Position numbers and translations under genes: made by a program. This document shows, in pieces, positions 1 through 12,500 of a stretch of 64,000 nucleotides of DNA. This DNA comes from Lingula anatina (Eukaryota; Animalia; Brachiopoda). The stretch spans positions 4,782,954-4,846,953 of the forward strand of contig CM120644.1 of assembly GCA_051362555.1 (NCBI GenBank). Direction: 5' to 3'. Each line of letters starts with the position of its first letter. Position 1 is the first letter of the stretch. Under the pieces are notes generated by a model, which made no database searches, was not told the origin of the DNA, and was given only the letters and a program-made list of their open reading frames with translations.

Positions 1-1226
1 ATAAATGACTGAAAATATAAATCACGAAAAGCCAAATGAAATATTGGAGTTGCATATTTAGTCACCTGTTTTTAAGTAAGTACTGAACTGTATATTTGTT
101 TAACAATTAGAAAAATGCACTGTTTGTCCTTGCTTAAGGACAAAAACATTTGTTACTTTGCTAAAAAAAAAGTCAGTAGATTTTCTTTATTAATTAGAAA
201 CATCTTTTTTCTTTTATATATAATTATTAGAAAAAATACCATATCTTACTGAAACAGAACATATGGAAGTTGAACTCAAATATTTGGAGAGCAATTAAGT
301 GGAAATGATAGTTAATAGAGAACCTTTCATTAATTAGTATTAAGATTTATAGACTCATAAGACAAGATTATGGAATAGATTTTGTCTTAAAAGACATAAT
401 GGAATTATCTTCTGGGTATTGATAAACATTAAGCAGAATGTACCATTTTAGTTCTTTACTTGAGCCAAGTGTCAAAACTTTTTCCTCAATGTTGAAATGA
501 AAATAAAACACTACACCTGAAAAATGTTATTTTCTTAGAAAGAAAGTCAAAAGTGACAAACAAAACATAGGAAGTGTTAAAGTCGTACTGTTGCAATAGA
601 CTTAATGGGTGAAAGTTTTCAGAACTATACCCGATTTCAGGATTTTCAGTTTTTTGTTTTTTTGTGATATAAATTGCAAGCTTTGTTTTCAGGATTTTCA
701 GCTTTTATAACTTCCACCCATAAGACTGATTTGACAGAACTAGATAAAAAAATTTAAAATTTCATTAAAAATAAAATTGTATGATTTTGGAATTGTATTA
801 CTATAAATGTAACTATACATTTACATATATTTTAATCTGTAGTTTGCAAGGTGCATGGGATGAAAGTTTTCAAATAACAGATGGTTTCTAATTTTGACTT
901 GTATGTGCCTTTCAAATTTGCCATCAGATGATCCTCCCTGGATAGGGTGGGGGGATGGGTGTGTGTTGTGTTGTGATCAGTTTATAAAAATAGTCCAATT
1001 CTTTGCCTAAAAGCAGAGCACCTGTAAACCAAGCTATCAAACCATTATTGTTGACAAGCAGTCATGTAGAGTGTTGATTACTTGGAGATGTTTTCATGTC
1101 AAAGATGTGTTTTAATCTTAAAAGATAAAAAGTGCAACTGGCTTTGGTTGATACAAAATGTTTTGACTTCATGTTGTTATTTTGGCTAAAATGATTTGAT
1201 CTGTATCTTTGATGGGAAAACTAATG

Positions 1227-1334
<108 letters not shown>

Positions 1335-1550
1335 CAAATTGTATGAAAAAGACTAGTGTGATACATGGGTTATGAAGAGCATGTGTGCCACGTCAATCAT
1401 GCATAAAAATGAATAAGTTCACACCTAAAACCAGGGTTTTATTTATTTAAAATAATTTATGTATATTTAACTTATTATTGATTTTTTGATCTTGATATTT
1501 TTGTGATTTCTTTATCGGGATCTTTTTATTGTGATTTTCTTTTTCAGCAG

Positions 1551-4500
1551 AGCAGGACAGTTTGGTGGCTTTGATTCCAGTGAATGATAAACGCCTCAAA
1601 CCCAGACGGACGTGAGTATTTCTGCACTGTTTGTTTATTTTTTAACTTAAACATCTGAATTGTATTACTAATGGGTTGCCTATTCTGTTGTTTGGTCACT
1701 GTGGATTCTTTTTGAATAAGAATGTTGATATCAAGTGGTAACTATATCAATAACCCTGTTACTGCAATTATCAATACTAGTATATTTTCAACATAATTAG
1801 CTGTAAGTCAGTATTTGTTTTAACTAAAAGGCACAATTTCATTAGAGATTTCTTGTGTCAAAACAGTAATCCATTAATTGTTTAACATTTTGTGGTTTAA
1901 TTTTGTTTGTTTCAGAAATAAATTTAAAAATAAAAATAAAAAATAAAGATAACAGGTGAAGAACCTCTGCAAGTATTCATATTTGACGAAGAATTATAGC
2001 TCTTTGATATTTCTTTTTTAAGTAAATGATTCAGTAATTTTATGTCTTTTTCCTCTTTCCAGATGTCTTTGGGTTGCAATTGCAGTCTTCTTAACATTAT
2101 TGGCAGGTGCTCTCACCGCATTTTTTCTTGTTCCTCGTGAAGTAAAGCTCCTCAGCAATAATCCAAATATCCACCCTTACTCAGTCAACATCAGCAAAAA
2201 TGGAAACAAGTCATTTGTTGTAATGAAATTTGTAGTAAGTAAATATTTCGCCATTTTATTGCAACTGAATAAACTAAATCTTTTTTAAATGACGGTATTA
2301 GGGCTGATTCGGTCTATGTACAACGATATAACACATCAGGTACTCTTGCTAAATGCAGTCAATTTAACAGATGAAACACCTAGCCGAATAATTGTGCCCC
2401 CTGGAGAAATTCCCGATATTTAATGATAGTGCCTAGCAGAAGAATTGTGCCCCCCCTCCCCCCATTGAGAGCAGAGGTAGCCTCCATTTTTGCCAAAGAA
2501 GTGTTCACATTGTACATGCAAAACTTATATCTGACTTCATTTTCCTTATTTTCTTCTCTTTCAGAATGTATATAACTGCAGTAACCAGAACTTTTATCCA
2601 ATCTCAATAAAAAAGCTGGAACTTACATCCTATATGTTTGACAGTGAGTCCACCATTGTGGCGCACGCTTACAACAGATCAGAACTCACAGTGCCCATGA
2701 AATCCACCAAAGAGTGCTCCATTAATGTCACCATGACCTTTAAACACCAGTTTGGATACATGGCGTGAGTTGATGGCTGGTTTCTTTGGTATCACTTATT
2801 TTATTGAAGCCCTTTCACATCAGTTATCATATCTGCTGTACAGGTTTACTGTTCCATACATCTGTACCAGTATACTGTACCGTACAGCCGTACCAGTATA
2901 CTGTACCGTACAGCCGTATCAGTATACTGTACCGTACAGCCGTACCAGTATACTGTACCGTACAGCCGTATCAGTATACTGTACCGTACAGCCGTACCAG
3001 TATACTGTACCGTACAGCCGTACCAGTATACTGTACCATACATCTGTACCAATTTGCTGTACTGTACAGCTTTACTAGTGTGCTGTACCATGGCATGCTT
3101 TGAGAGATTCTACCATGTAATGATACTAAATGACACTGAACTTTAACATTATCAATTAAGTCACAACATATTGGTATGCCTAAGGTGTGAAAAAAGCAAA
3201 CATTTATTAATTTTCATAGGATCAAACTTGTTTCCATTGAATTTTGTTACTTGCTGCTATGTGATCATTGTTCTTAAAGTAGGATTATAGTTGTCTCTAT
3301 GATGTCTAAAAGATATTTTGAGGTATTTACATGCAAAAATGTTGTTGGTTTAATTCCATAACTTTCCATGCCTGGTACCCCTAGTTTGGGAGTGTATTGA
3401 TAATGTTTATTTTTGCTGTCATTTCCAGCACCTACTGCTGTGACCCAAGGGACTGGGTACACACCTTCATCATGAGATTTCAGTAAGTTTTCCTTTAGTT
3501 ATTGTATTTCATTTTAATTTTTACATAGTTCGTCATGTTTTCATTTACTTCTATATATACTGACCACAACTTCCAACACAACACGTAACAATTTTGAAAT
3601 ATTTGGAGTACATAAAATGGGATTTTGGTTTTGAGTCATAATACATCAACTAAACCCTAAAAGCTCAGAAAATTGTTTTGATTTTGTCATGTGGGCAGCT
3701 CGTTTCACTTGATTGTACATTGTTTAGAATTTTCCCTATCCCATCAGGTCGAGTAGAACTTTGTGACCAATCGTTCCAGAATTTGGTCAATAAATAGCTG
3801 TAGTGATAGGCAACTTTAATATTGCTTTGCATTGTCCTTGGTCAACATGTGACCTTGCCGTGCAATGGTCAATATCAGCGAGAGCAAGCTGTTGGTATGC
3901 TCATTGGCGGAATGTCCCAAAGACAGGTTGCAAGGAACCTTGGCATCCACGTGTCTACCGTATCATGTCTCCAGAGCTGGTATAATGAAACAGGAAGCAC
4001 CAGTGATCTTATTCCCCAGATAGAACATCTTTGGGATATTCTAGTTCACTGGATGAGAAGGCGTGATCCAAAACTGGCCACAGTCCGACAGTTGCGTCAA
4101 GCACTCAAGGAGGAATGGGACAGCATCACACAGGCTGAAATATGGCAATTGATTGATTCCATGCATCGCAAAATCCAGGCTGTGGTGACGCCAGAGGAGG
4201 CCATACAAGATTCTGACTTCGGTGCAATTAACTTGTTGTAATAACGTACAGTGAACTTGTGTATGGCCTCCTCTGGCGTCACACACAAGATTCTGACTTC
4301 GGTGCAATGAACTTGAAACCAGGAAAAATCTGTTCTTCACTCCCGACTCTGAAACTGTGTTTTTGATTTGAATCTTTGTTATGTATTGTTAAATTTAGGG
4401 TAAGAAAATAACTTGTGTTGCAATAAACCCAAGTGTTGCGTTGGAAGTTTTGGTCAGTATACATTGTATCGTGTTTGTGCACATGTGTATCTGTAGGACA

Positions 4501-4781
4501 ATGGTTATTGAAACAGATATTTAAACGGAAGATGGCAATGTTTTAAGTTATTATTTAAAGTGTTCTTATATTTGAAAAATATGTCATAAATTTATTGCAT
4601 ATATATTTATTTATTTATTTATTTATTTTTATTTATTTTTTTTTTTTTAATAATTTCGTCCTACAGGTCAGTGATCACAGCATCATATCTGGGTCACACT
4701 GAAGAGATGTCCCTGGTCACCTACCAGAATGTGGACTGCTATCTAGAGAGCAGTAAAAAACAATGTGCAGAGTTCATATAA
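1551..4781 (+). CDS. TMEM106B: TMEM106-family (TMEM106B-like) type II lysosomal membrane protein, 5'-partial; exons 1551-1611 (or 1548, NAGNAG acceptor), 2063-2234, 2565-2764, 3429-3482, 4667-4781
   Basis: GT-AG exons join in frame: EQDSLVALIPVNDKRLKPRRT-CLWVAIAVFLTLLAGALTAFFLVPREV (single TM helix)...NQNFYPISI...YCCDPRDWVHTFIMRFQSVITASYLGHTEEMSLVTYQNVDC...EFI*. These match the TMEM106 motifs LVALIPxxDxRL(R/K)PRRT, FFLxPR and YxGHxE...YQxVDC. The N-terminal exon(s) were not found in the window. A/B/C paralog naming is vertebrate-specific. Confidence 0.92.
2853..3090. repeat. 26-bp minisatellite CTGTACCGTACAGCCGTACCAGTATA, about 6 near-perfect copies plus degenerate flanks, in a TMEM106 intron
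   Basis: Tandem copies are visible and explain the repetitive ORFs 2752-3103 on both strands. Confidence 0.9.
3558..4459 (+). mobile_element. Internally deleted Tc1/mariner element in a TMEM106 intron
   Basis: Terminal inverted repeats (TIRs) TACTGACCA(C/A)AACTTCCAAC(A/G)CAACAC with TA on both sides. ORF 3822-4241 has an HTH (GMSQRQVARNLGIHVSTVS...ETGS) joined to the transposase C-terminus (IEHLWDIL...LRQALKEEWDSI...LIDSM). Confidence 0.9.
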
Positions 4782-6131
4782 TACCAGGGAGAAAATTCAC
4801 AGCAGATCTGAACACTGAATGTTTTAGGCTACTCAGACCAGAATTGATAGTGGTAGTCCATTTAAGGCAGTGCTTTGCCCTTCTTGTATTAAAGAAGAAA
4901 TGGCTAGTTCAGCAGCCAATGCAGTATAGGACATATGAGAATATTGAATAGTTATTGAAACAGAAAAATATGTTTATAAGGTGAAAACTTTCTGAGAAAG
5001 GAAACTGTCTGTAGTTCGTTTGTTTAATCTCATAACTGATCCTTTTCTTTTTGAAGAATTATTATGGCCAGTTTATACAACTGTGGGACTGTTAAGTTAA
5101 CTATTTGGTTGAAGCCTTAAAGTCAAATATGAACTGTATTTCTGGTTGGAAATAATTTACGCCAAGTGATTTGAAACTGAAATGAAGAAGGAAATACATT
5201 GCAGAGGCAGTGTGTCTCTGTGTATATATCCAGTATATATATATATATGTATGTATGTACACTGTATGTAATAGAGATGGCCAATACACATGTAAGTGAA
5301 CCTATGCTGTTTTAACAAGATTTAAGTGAAGAACCCAGGAGCTTTCTATGCATTATGAAACATAAACTGTCTGGCAGACATTTCATGATATTTATTATTA
5401 CCTCACTCTCACAAATTCATACACATGGTGGATCCAGAGATATTTTCTGACAGTCATCCAAATTGTCTTTTTTTTTTTGTAATCCATCCTCTATTTTTAC
5501 CATCCTGCAAGTGCATGCACCTGTTATATAATGATAATATTGTGAAATATGAAATATTTTGCAGCAAGACTATGGATGAGAGTCTTTTAAAAAGGAACAA
5601 TGACAAACAATTGCACATGGTGAACATTTTTAAATAACAGCCTATGAGAATTAAAATAATGATATAATAGTTACATTTTATCTTCAACTAAAAAGTTGAA
5701 TGGTACATACATAATTATACTAAAGTTGTAATTCTAATAAATTTATGTTAAGATCAGTTAGCTTGAAGAGAAACCGGGCACTTCGCACATGACTACGGTT
5801 CAGTAATTACATTTTATTTGTACATTGCACAAGACTGCAATTCTACAACAAAAACAACCACAGTAGACACACTCAACCATTGTCAGCTATTGTGTAAGAA
5901 ATCATTTAAGATTAAAACTATGTCAACAATGTTGCAAATGGCACTTATTAAACGTCTTGGTTCTCTACATGTAGTAACAACTGAGCTTACAGGACATGAG
6001 GTTTGATGTGGAAATGTTTCGCTTACTGCCTTAAAAACTGCTTAAGTACCTATAAATATCTAATTATACACCATTTTTGGTGTCATCTATCTTTGATAGA
6101 TTTTGTTGTTTCTAAAATTCTGTACATATGA

Positions 6132-6137
6132 AATAAA
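6132..6137 (+). promoter_or_regulatory. Candidate polyadenylation signal (AATAAA) of the TMEM106 gene
   Basis: AATAAA about 1.35 kb after the stop codon, followed by a T-rich tract. An earlier AATAAA near 5736 is an alternative. Confidence 0.4.
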
Positions 6138-6212
6138 GGAAAAAATATGTACTAGGCACTTATTTTATTTCATTATAGAGTACGTGGAAAAAGCACTTGA
6201 GATACGAGTTAA

Positions 6213-6545
6213 AGGGATAATAACTCTTCGTATGAGATCTGTATTTCACAATAGAAATGTGAACAGCTCATAGAAATAATATGTTCTGTTGTACCACAAA
6301 AACAGCAGTTATAGCTATTATTCTGATATGTGAGCTTGTCTTTAGACCACGTGATCTCCATTGATGGCTATACTCTGTTATAATCTCTTAAGAGATTATA
6401 ACAAAAAAAAAAACAAACTTTTTAGAAAAAAAACAGGGACTAACTTTGAATGTAAAAATGGATTCATTTACCATTGGTAAGTGTGGAAAAATTGTTTACT
6501 CCAGGAAAATTAATTTTTTGGCCAAAACAAAGAGTTATTATCCCT
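6213..6545. mobile_element. Kolobok-like MITE
   Basis: 16-bp TIR AGGGATAATAACTCTT...AAGAGTTATTATCCCT, flanked by TTAA and ATAA. Its right third is shared with the element at 32421-33082. Confidence 0.7.
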
Positions 6546-6918
6546 ATAATCATATGTTTCTGGATATATCACCGTATAAAATTGCTTAATTCGCACCACA
6601 TGCTTAAATTAAGGCTCTTTTTCTTTTTAATTACAAACTCAATAAGCAAGTAAATTAAATATCTGGTCCATGGTCTGGGAATAATTAAAGACCAAAAAAA
6701 GGGGACTTTGAAATTCAACTCTTGACAAGAACCGAGAAGAGAACGCTTTTTGAAGTTCTCATAGATATACAAAATCAAAATTTGTCTTATGCCATGTCTT
6801 TCTAAATAAAACATGCATTCGCCTCAATTCTGAAATGTTTAATGTTGATAATGGTATTGTCAAGGCCAGTTACAATAATGCCGTGACGAATGCAGAAGAG
6901 AGACCACATCCGAGCTGG

Positions 6919-8306
6919 CTATCCTCTTAGGGGCGAAGTGTCACGAGCCACGTGCTTCTCTTCAATTGAGCGCTTCCTACGCTTACCAAAACTAAAAGGC
7001 TGGGTACCGCTGCCTCCGGGAAACTGTGGGAATGCAGGCGGTATAAAGTTTGCGGAATTCTCTGAAATTAAGATTTAGAATAAGAAGTTATAATTTGAAA
7101 AACAACTTTCAACATCTTGTCTTTATTGTATATGGTGTGCTAATTACAAGGTATTTTCTATGATAAATAGAAAATTGAAGAAAAAAATGAATGAATTATT
7201 AACATGAATAAGTAAAAAAATAAACAGAGACAGAATGATGCATACATACTAATAGTAACACAGACAAAAGGTTCGGGAGACGCAAAGACAGACTGACTGA
7301 AAAGGGAACACACACACACACACACACATAAACAGCCAAACAAACATGATCACTTACGTTGCGCATTCTGGAAGAAACTCAGGATTGGGTTGATGGTGGT
7401 CGTTGTTATCGGCGGAATATTCAGGTTCGGAATATTAAGGTTCGGAATAACAACTGGAAAACAAAAAGAAAGTGCCAGTAAACAGATGTACAATAATTTG
7501 AGGTGTGAATCAGGATGTGTGTTTGCGTGTGTGTGTGTGGGGGGGGGGGGGGATATTACAGTTATCACCACCACATCCTCACTCCACCCTCACCCCCCAG
7601 ATCCAATTTCAATTTTTTCTTCATACTTCACTCGTTATGGCGCTGCAGTAAAGTTTAACAGTTAAGTGCGAGTTGCCTCAAATTCAAGAAGCACTTCACA
7701 CAAAAAAAAAACTTAAGCTTGTCGAATTGTTGAAGCAAGCGTGTATTTCTGACTGCAGATATTTTCAGTCTTTTAAATCATTGACCACAGAACACACGAT
7801 ATTAAATAAAATAAAGATAAACAATCTACAGACCAGGAATTCATTGCAGCGTGAAGCTCACGTAAGTGATTCATGATTCTACATTACATTATGTGTCCCT
7901 CTCCTCAGTCTCCCTTTCCGTCCCCCCCCTCTTAACATCCCCCCTCCCCCCCAAAAAAAAAATTAAAAGACAAACTAAACCAAAATTAATTCCTGTGCCT
8001 TACATATGGCAGAAACATTGCCCTCGTCTTAAATGGCAAAAAAATCCTCTCCCCCCCCCCCTACACCACACTGCAATCGCCTAGGGTCAGTAAACGTGTG
8101 TGTGTGTGCGTGTGTTTATGTGCGTGCACTCGTACGTGTGATTATGTGCGTGCACTCGTACGTGTGATTATGTGCGTGCACTCGAATGAATGAATTATTA
8201 ACAATGAATAAGTAAAAAAATAAACAGAGACAGAATAATGCATACATACTAATAGTAACACAGACAAAAGGACCGGCAGACGCAAAGACAGACTGACTGA
8301 AAAGGG

Positions 8307-8346
<40 letters not shown>

Positions 8347-8566
8347 ACCACCACCACCACCACCACAGACACAAACAGCCAAACAAACATGATCACTTAC
8401 GTTGCTGTGATCCCAGTGCATTCTGGAAGAAACTCAGGAATGGGTTGATTGTGGTCGTTGTTATCGGCGGAATATTGAGGTTCGGAATACCAACTGGAAA
8501 ACAAAAAGAAAGTGCCAGTAAACAGATGTACAATAACCTGAGGTGTGAATCAGGATGTGTGTTTTA

Positions 8567-8615
<49 letters not shown>

Positions 8616-9497
8616 GGGGGGGGGGGTAATATAACAGTTATCACCACCACATCCTCACTCCACTTCCACATCCTCCACATCCTCACTAAACAATCTACAG
8701 ACCGGGAATTACATTGGAACATGAAGCTCAAGTAAGTGATTCATGATTCTACATTATGTCTCCCCTCTCCCCAGTCTCCCCTCTCCCTCTCCCCCTTAAC
8801 ATCCCCCCCCCCCCCAAAAAAAAAAAAGACAAATAAACTAAACCAAAATTCATTCCTGTGCCTTACATATGGCAGAAACATTGTCCTCGTCTTAAATGGC
8901 AAAAGAAAACATCCCTCCACCACCACCCTGCAATCGCCTAGGGTCAGTAAACGTGTGTGTCTGCGTGTGTGCGTGTGCGTGCACTCGTGCGTGTGTTTAT
9001 GTGCGTGCACTCGTGCGTGTGTGTGTGCGCGCGTGCGTGTCATATCATCACCATATACATATACTTACATAAGTTCGAAATGATGTTGTTAGGATTATTT
9101 GGAAAGAAAATATTCGGTAATGTAAAGGATGGAAAGGTGAAGGTCGGGGCAGTCGTGGTAGCGGGGGTAGTGGCTGGCGTTCCACCACAGAACACGGTGA
9201 TCCTCCTGTAATGATTCACACCGGGAGCCGACCGCAAGGTTCCACACACGGCCATCCCGAAGAAGAAGTAGCACCCGCTGGTCGCGACGTTGTAGTCAAA
9301 TCCGAAACACATTGGGTTCGAGTTGCAGGCAGCCACGCAGGCCATGAGAGAGGTCAGGTTGGTCTGCTCCACACCACCCAAGATGTTCATGTTGGGGGTG
9401 AGATTGAAATTAGCCAAGAGCTGGGCAAGGGTCACTGAAATGGAATATCTGACATTGAAATATTAAGCCCTCTCTCGCTCACTCTTTCTCTCTTTCC

Positions 9498-9530
<33 letters not shown>

Positions 9531-12500
9531 TGTATGTGTGTGAGTCTGTGTGCTTGCGCGTGTGTGTACACATACATGTACATACCTGTAAAATGCATGG
9601 ACGTATGTTTCCATGTATGTACGTGGATGTGTGTGTAAAGTACCTGCTGTATAAAACTGGTTCTGCTGGATATATAACGGTATTGCGAGATATTGACAGA
9701 CTCCCTGAACCAAAATGATTCCGAAACTGACGTTGACCGAGATATCCGTACGGTGTTTAGAATGAGTAGATATGATGGAACAAACATAAGACATTGCAGT
9801 TTATATAGATGTCAAATGCGCCACCAAAGTATGTTTTACGGAGATGCTCTATCAGGAATAATTCGCCTAGTACGTTTCCATTAAAATGCCCATGCCCTAC
9901 AAGTAGGTAGAGTATCAATAGTCTAGATGACTGGTGCAAAAATTGCTCAAAAGGTGGAAAAAGCATGAAACTTGGCACAAATGTTCTTTGGACTATGCTG
10001 ATCATTTTCAAGGGCAGTGCCCAAAATTTCAAAGCGTTGCTTAGCAACCGTTGCTAAGGAAGTGATTTACCTTAGTAACAATTAAGCTAATTGGAGCTTT
10101 CTTGTTCAGTTTAAATGATTTAAAAAGGCTTTTAATAATGTTTCAAACCATCAGAACTATCACTATACTATTTTAAGACATTAAAAACCCAAGTAAACCA
10201 TTGCAACAGTTGCTAGGCAGCATATTACCCTAGCAACAAGTATTTAACATGCTGAATTAGCCCAGAAAGTTAGTGTTAAGGTTGATTTTTCGTTGAGTTC
10301 CTCTAGACAGAGGGGAGTTCAAATGTCATTAATAATATCATTGATGTAAAAAAAAAAAAAAACATTTTACACCATCTTTTATGGAAAATAGTTTTTTAAT
10401 TTTTTTCAATTTTTGAGTTTTGACATAATGGTTGTGATAAGATTTCATCTGGGGTTAAATTGAAATTTTCCTGAATTTCACTCAAAGAACCAATAATGTT
10501 TGCCAAAAGGGATAAGAAGTTGCTTTTAGTATTTTTAATCCACCTTTTGTTACTACCGATTCCTGACATTTTGCCAAGAAAAACGCTCTCCACTTACTCT
10601 TATTTTCTTCATAAAGAAGTCTCTTAAGCCATGTAAAGTTTAGGGCCTTGGAAAAATTTGTATTTGCTTTACCTTTTTCCGTCCATTTTTGTAATCAGAC
10701 GCCATCCTTGCTCATTTTATTTTGTATCTTTTTCCATTCCTGATAAAGTTAAATATGATATGCATATTTTAAGTATTGAGGGAGGGGGGGGGGCTGGTAG
10801 GAGAGTTTATACATGCCCTACGTAAGATGAGAAATACTAAAGGTTTAACCACTGTTGACTTTCCTATTATTGAAAGGTTTCTCAGAGACCAGATTTCCAA
10901 GATATTTTTCATTTTGTTCAATATTTTCTAAAAAGTTTTTTTCACATTGTATTTTGTCAGTTCAGCATGGTTCTATTTTAATTCTATTTGTTAATCAATA
11001 AAGTTCAAAAGTTTCTGTTCACACCCAAAGGCCGTTAGATGCCATATCTTACTTCCACCAAGGCTGCTCTACATCAATATAAGAGTATTCTTGCGAGATG
11101 AACATATCTGAATCAGCACTACGGTGCCATGTCAACAGATACCATGTGCTCACTCTGGTTGGACTTGTGCAGAACAGTGGGCCTAAGTGGACACATTTGC
11201 CAAAAGCTATTGACCTGTCCAGAGTTGCTCCAGTGTGCATGTAGGTGCAGATGTAGAGGCTGACAATGTGCAAGGGCCGTAAAGAGTCGTAAGGTGATAA
11301 AAGCATGGAAATGGCTGGTTATTAATTTTGAACATGCTGCCTTAAATTTCTGCACTGGCAATTTATTTGATCGGATGTGTGTTATCACACAATTGGTTCA
11401 ACTTACTGGATTAAAAGTATGAACATCTTGCTCAAAAGTGTAGTTCTTAGCTAGTATTATAGATTTGCCTTACTTAATAGACTAACGCAACTTTAAATGC
11501 TTGTTGCTAGGGTAATATGCTGCCTAGCAATCGTGGCTAAGGTTAATTTGGGTTTTAATTGCCTTAAAATAGTCTAGTGATAGTTCTGATGCCCTGAAAC
11601 ATAGTTATTAGCATTTATAAACTTTTTAAACTGGACAAGAAAGGTCTAATTAGCTTGTTACTAAGGAAATTCACTTCCATAGCAACGGTTGCTAAGCAAC
11701 GCTTGGAAATTTTGGGCACTGCCCTTAAAAATGATCAGCATAGACCAAAGAACAATTGTGCCAAGTTTCATGCTTTTTCCACATTTTGAGCAATTTGGCC
11801 AAAATATAGCACCAGTCATCCAGACTACAATGAAAAAATGAAACACTTACGTGTGGAGGGTGTCGTTGTCGCTGAAAGTAAAACATATATTAAGTTATTT
11901 GGCAATTTTGGACAATGTACGTGCATATAAATGCCGTAAATAACGTGGCTGACGTGAATCAACATACGAGAAAATGAACAAGATATTGAAGCTCCAAAGA
12001 AACACTGCACTTCCGTGGAGATACATTTTAAACATCTACGAAAACGTATTTTGCAAACATGTTGTACTGTAGTTAAATAGCAGATGGAGACAGGTTTGTT
12101 TTAGTGTCTCTCTGCATATATTAAGTCGGATTGGAGCGGGTTTAGATTCACTGAATGTTAATGCCGTCTATGTACGTGTGTATGAAGGTGTGGAAAAAAC
12201 AGCTGTCAGAGTATACGTATATTTGATGCAAGAACAGAATTGTACTAACGTAATTGCTTATCTAAATTAGTGCAATAGGAAATATCAGAGGTACCTCATC
12301 GTCTCGCGCTTTAGCGTATAAACCAGCGAGATATCGCGGAATTTGGATGGGAGTGGGTCGGCAATAATGGCAGTCTAGCGTGTGCGGTACAGAAACGAAT
12401 AAAAATTGACAGAATTTATTCATGGCTATTTTTCTGTTTGTTTTCGTTCATGTGCGAATTGATCACGTTTTGCGAATGGCTTTGGTATTGCTTTCTAAGG

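Noticed and set aside
2752-3103. Three 81-108-aa repetitive ORFs on both strands
   Set aside because: Translations of the 26-bp intronic minisatellite.
6890-7078. Plus-strand ORFs conserved between the duplicates (6890-7078 vs 25252-25470; 9211-9438 vs 26790-27017)
   Set aside because: Antisense shadows of the minus-strand exons; splice signals and protein motifs support only the minus strand.
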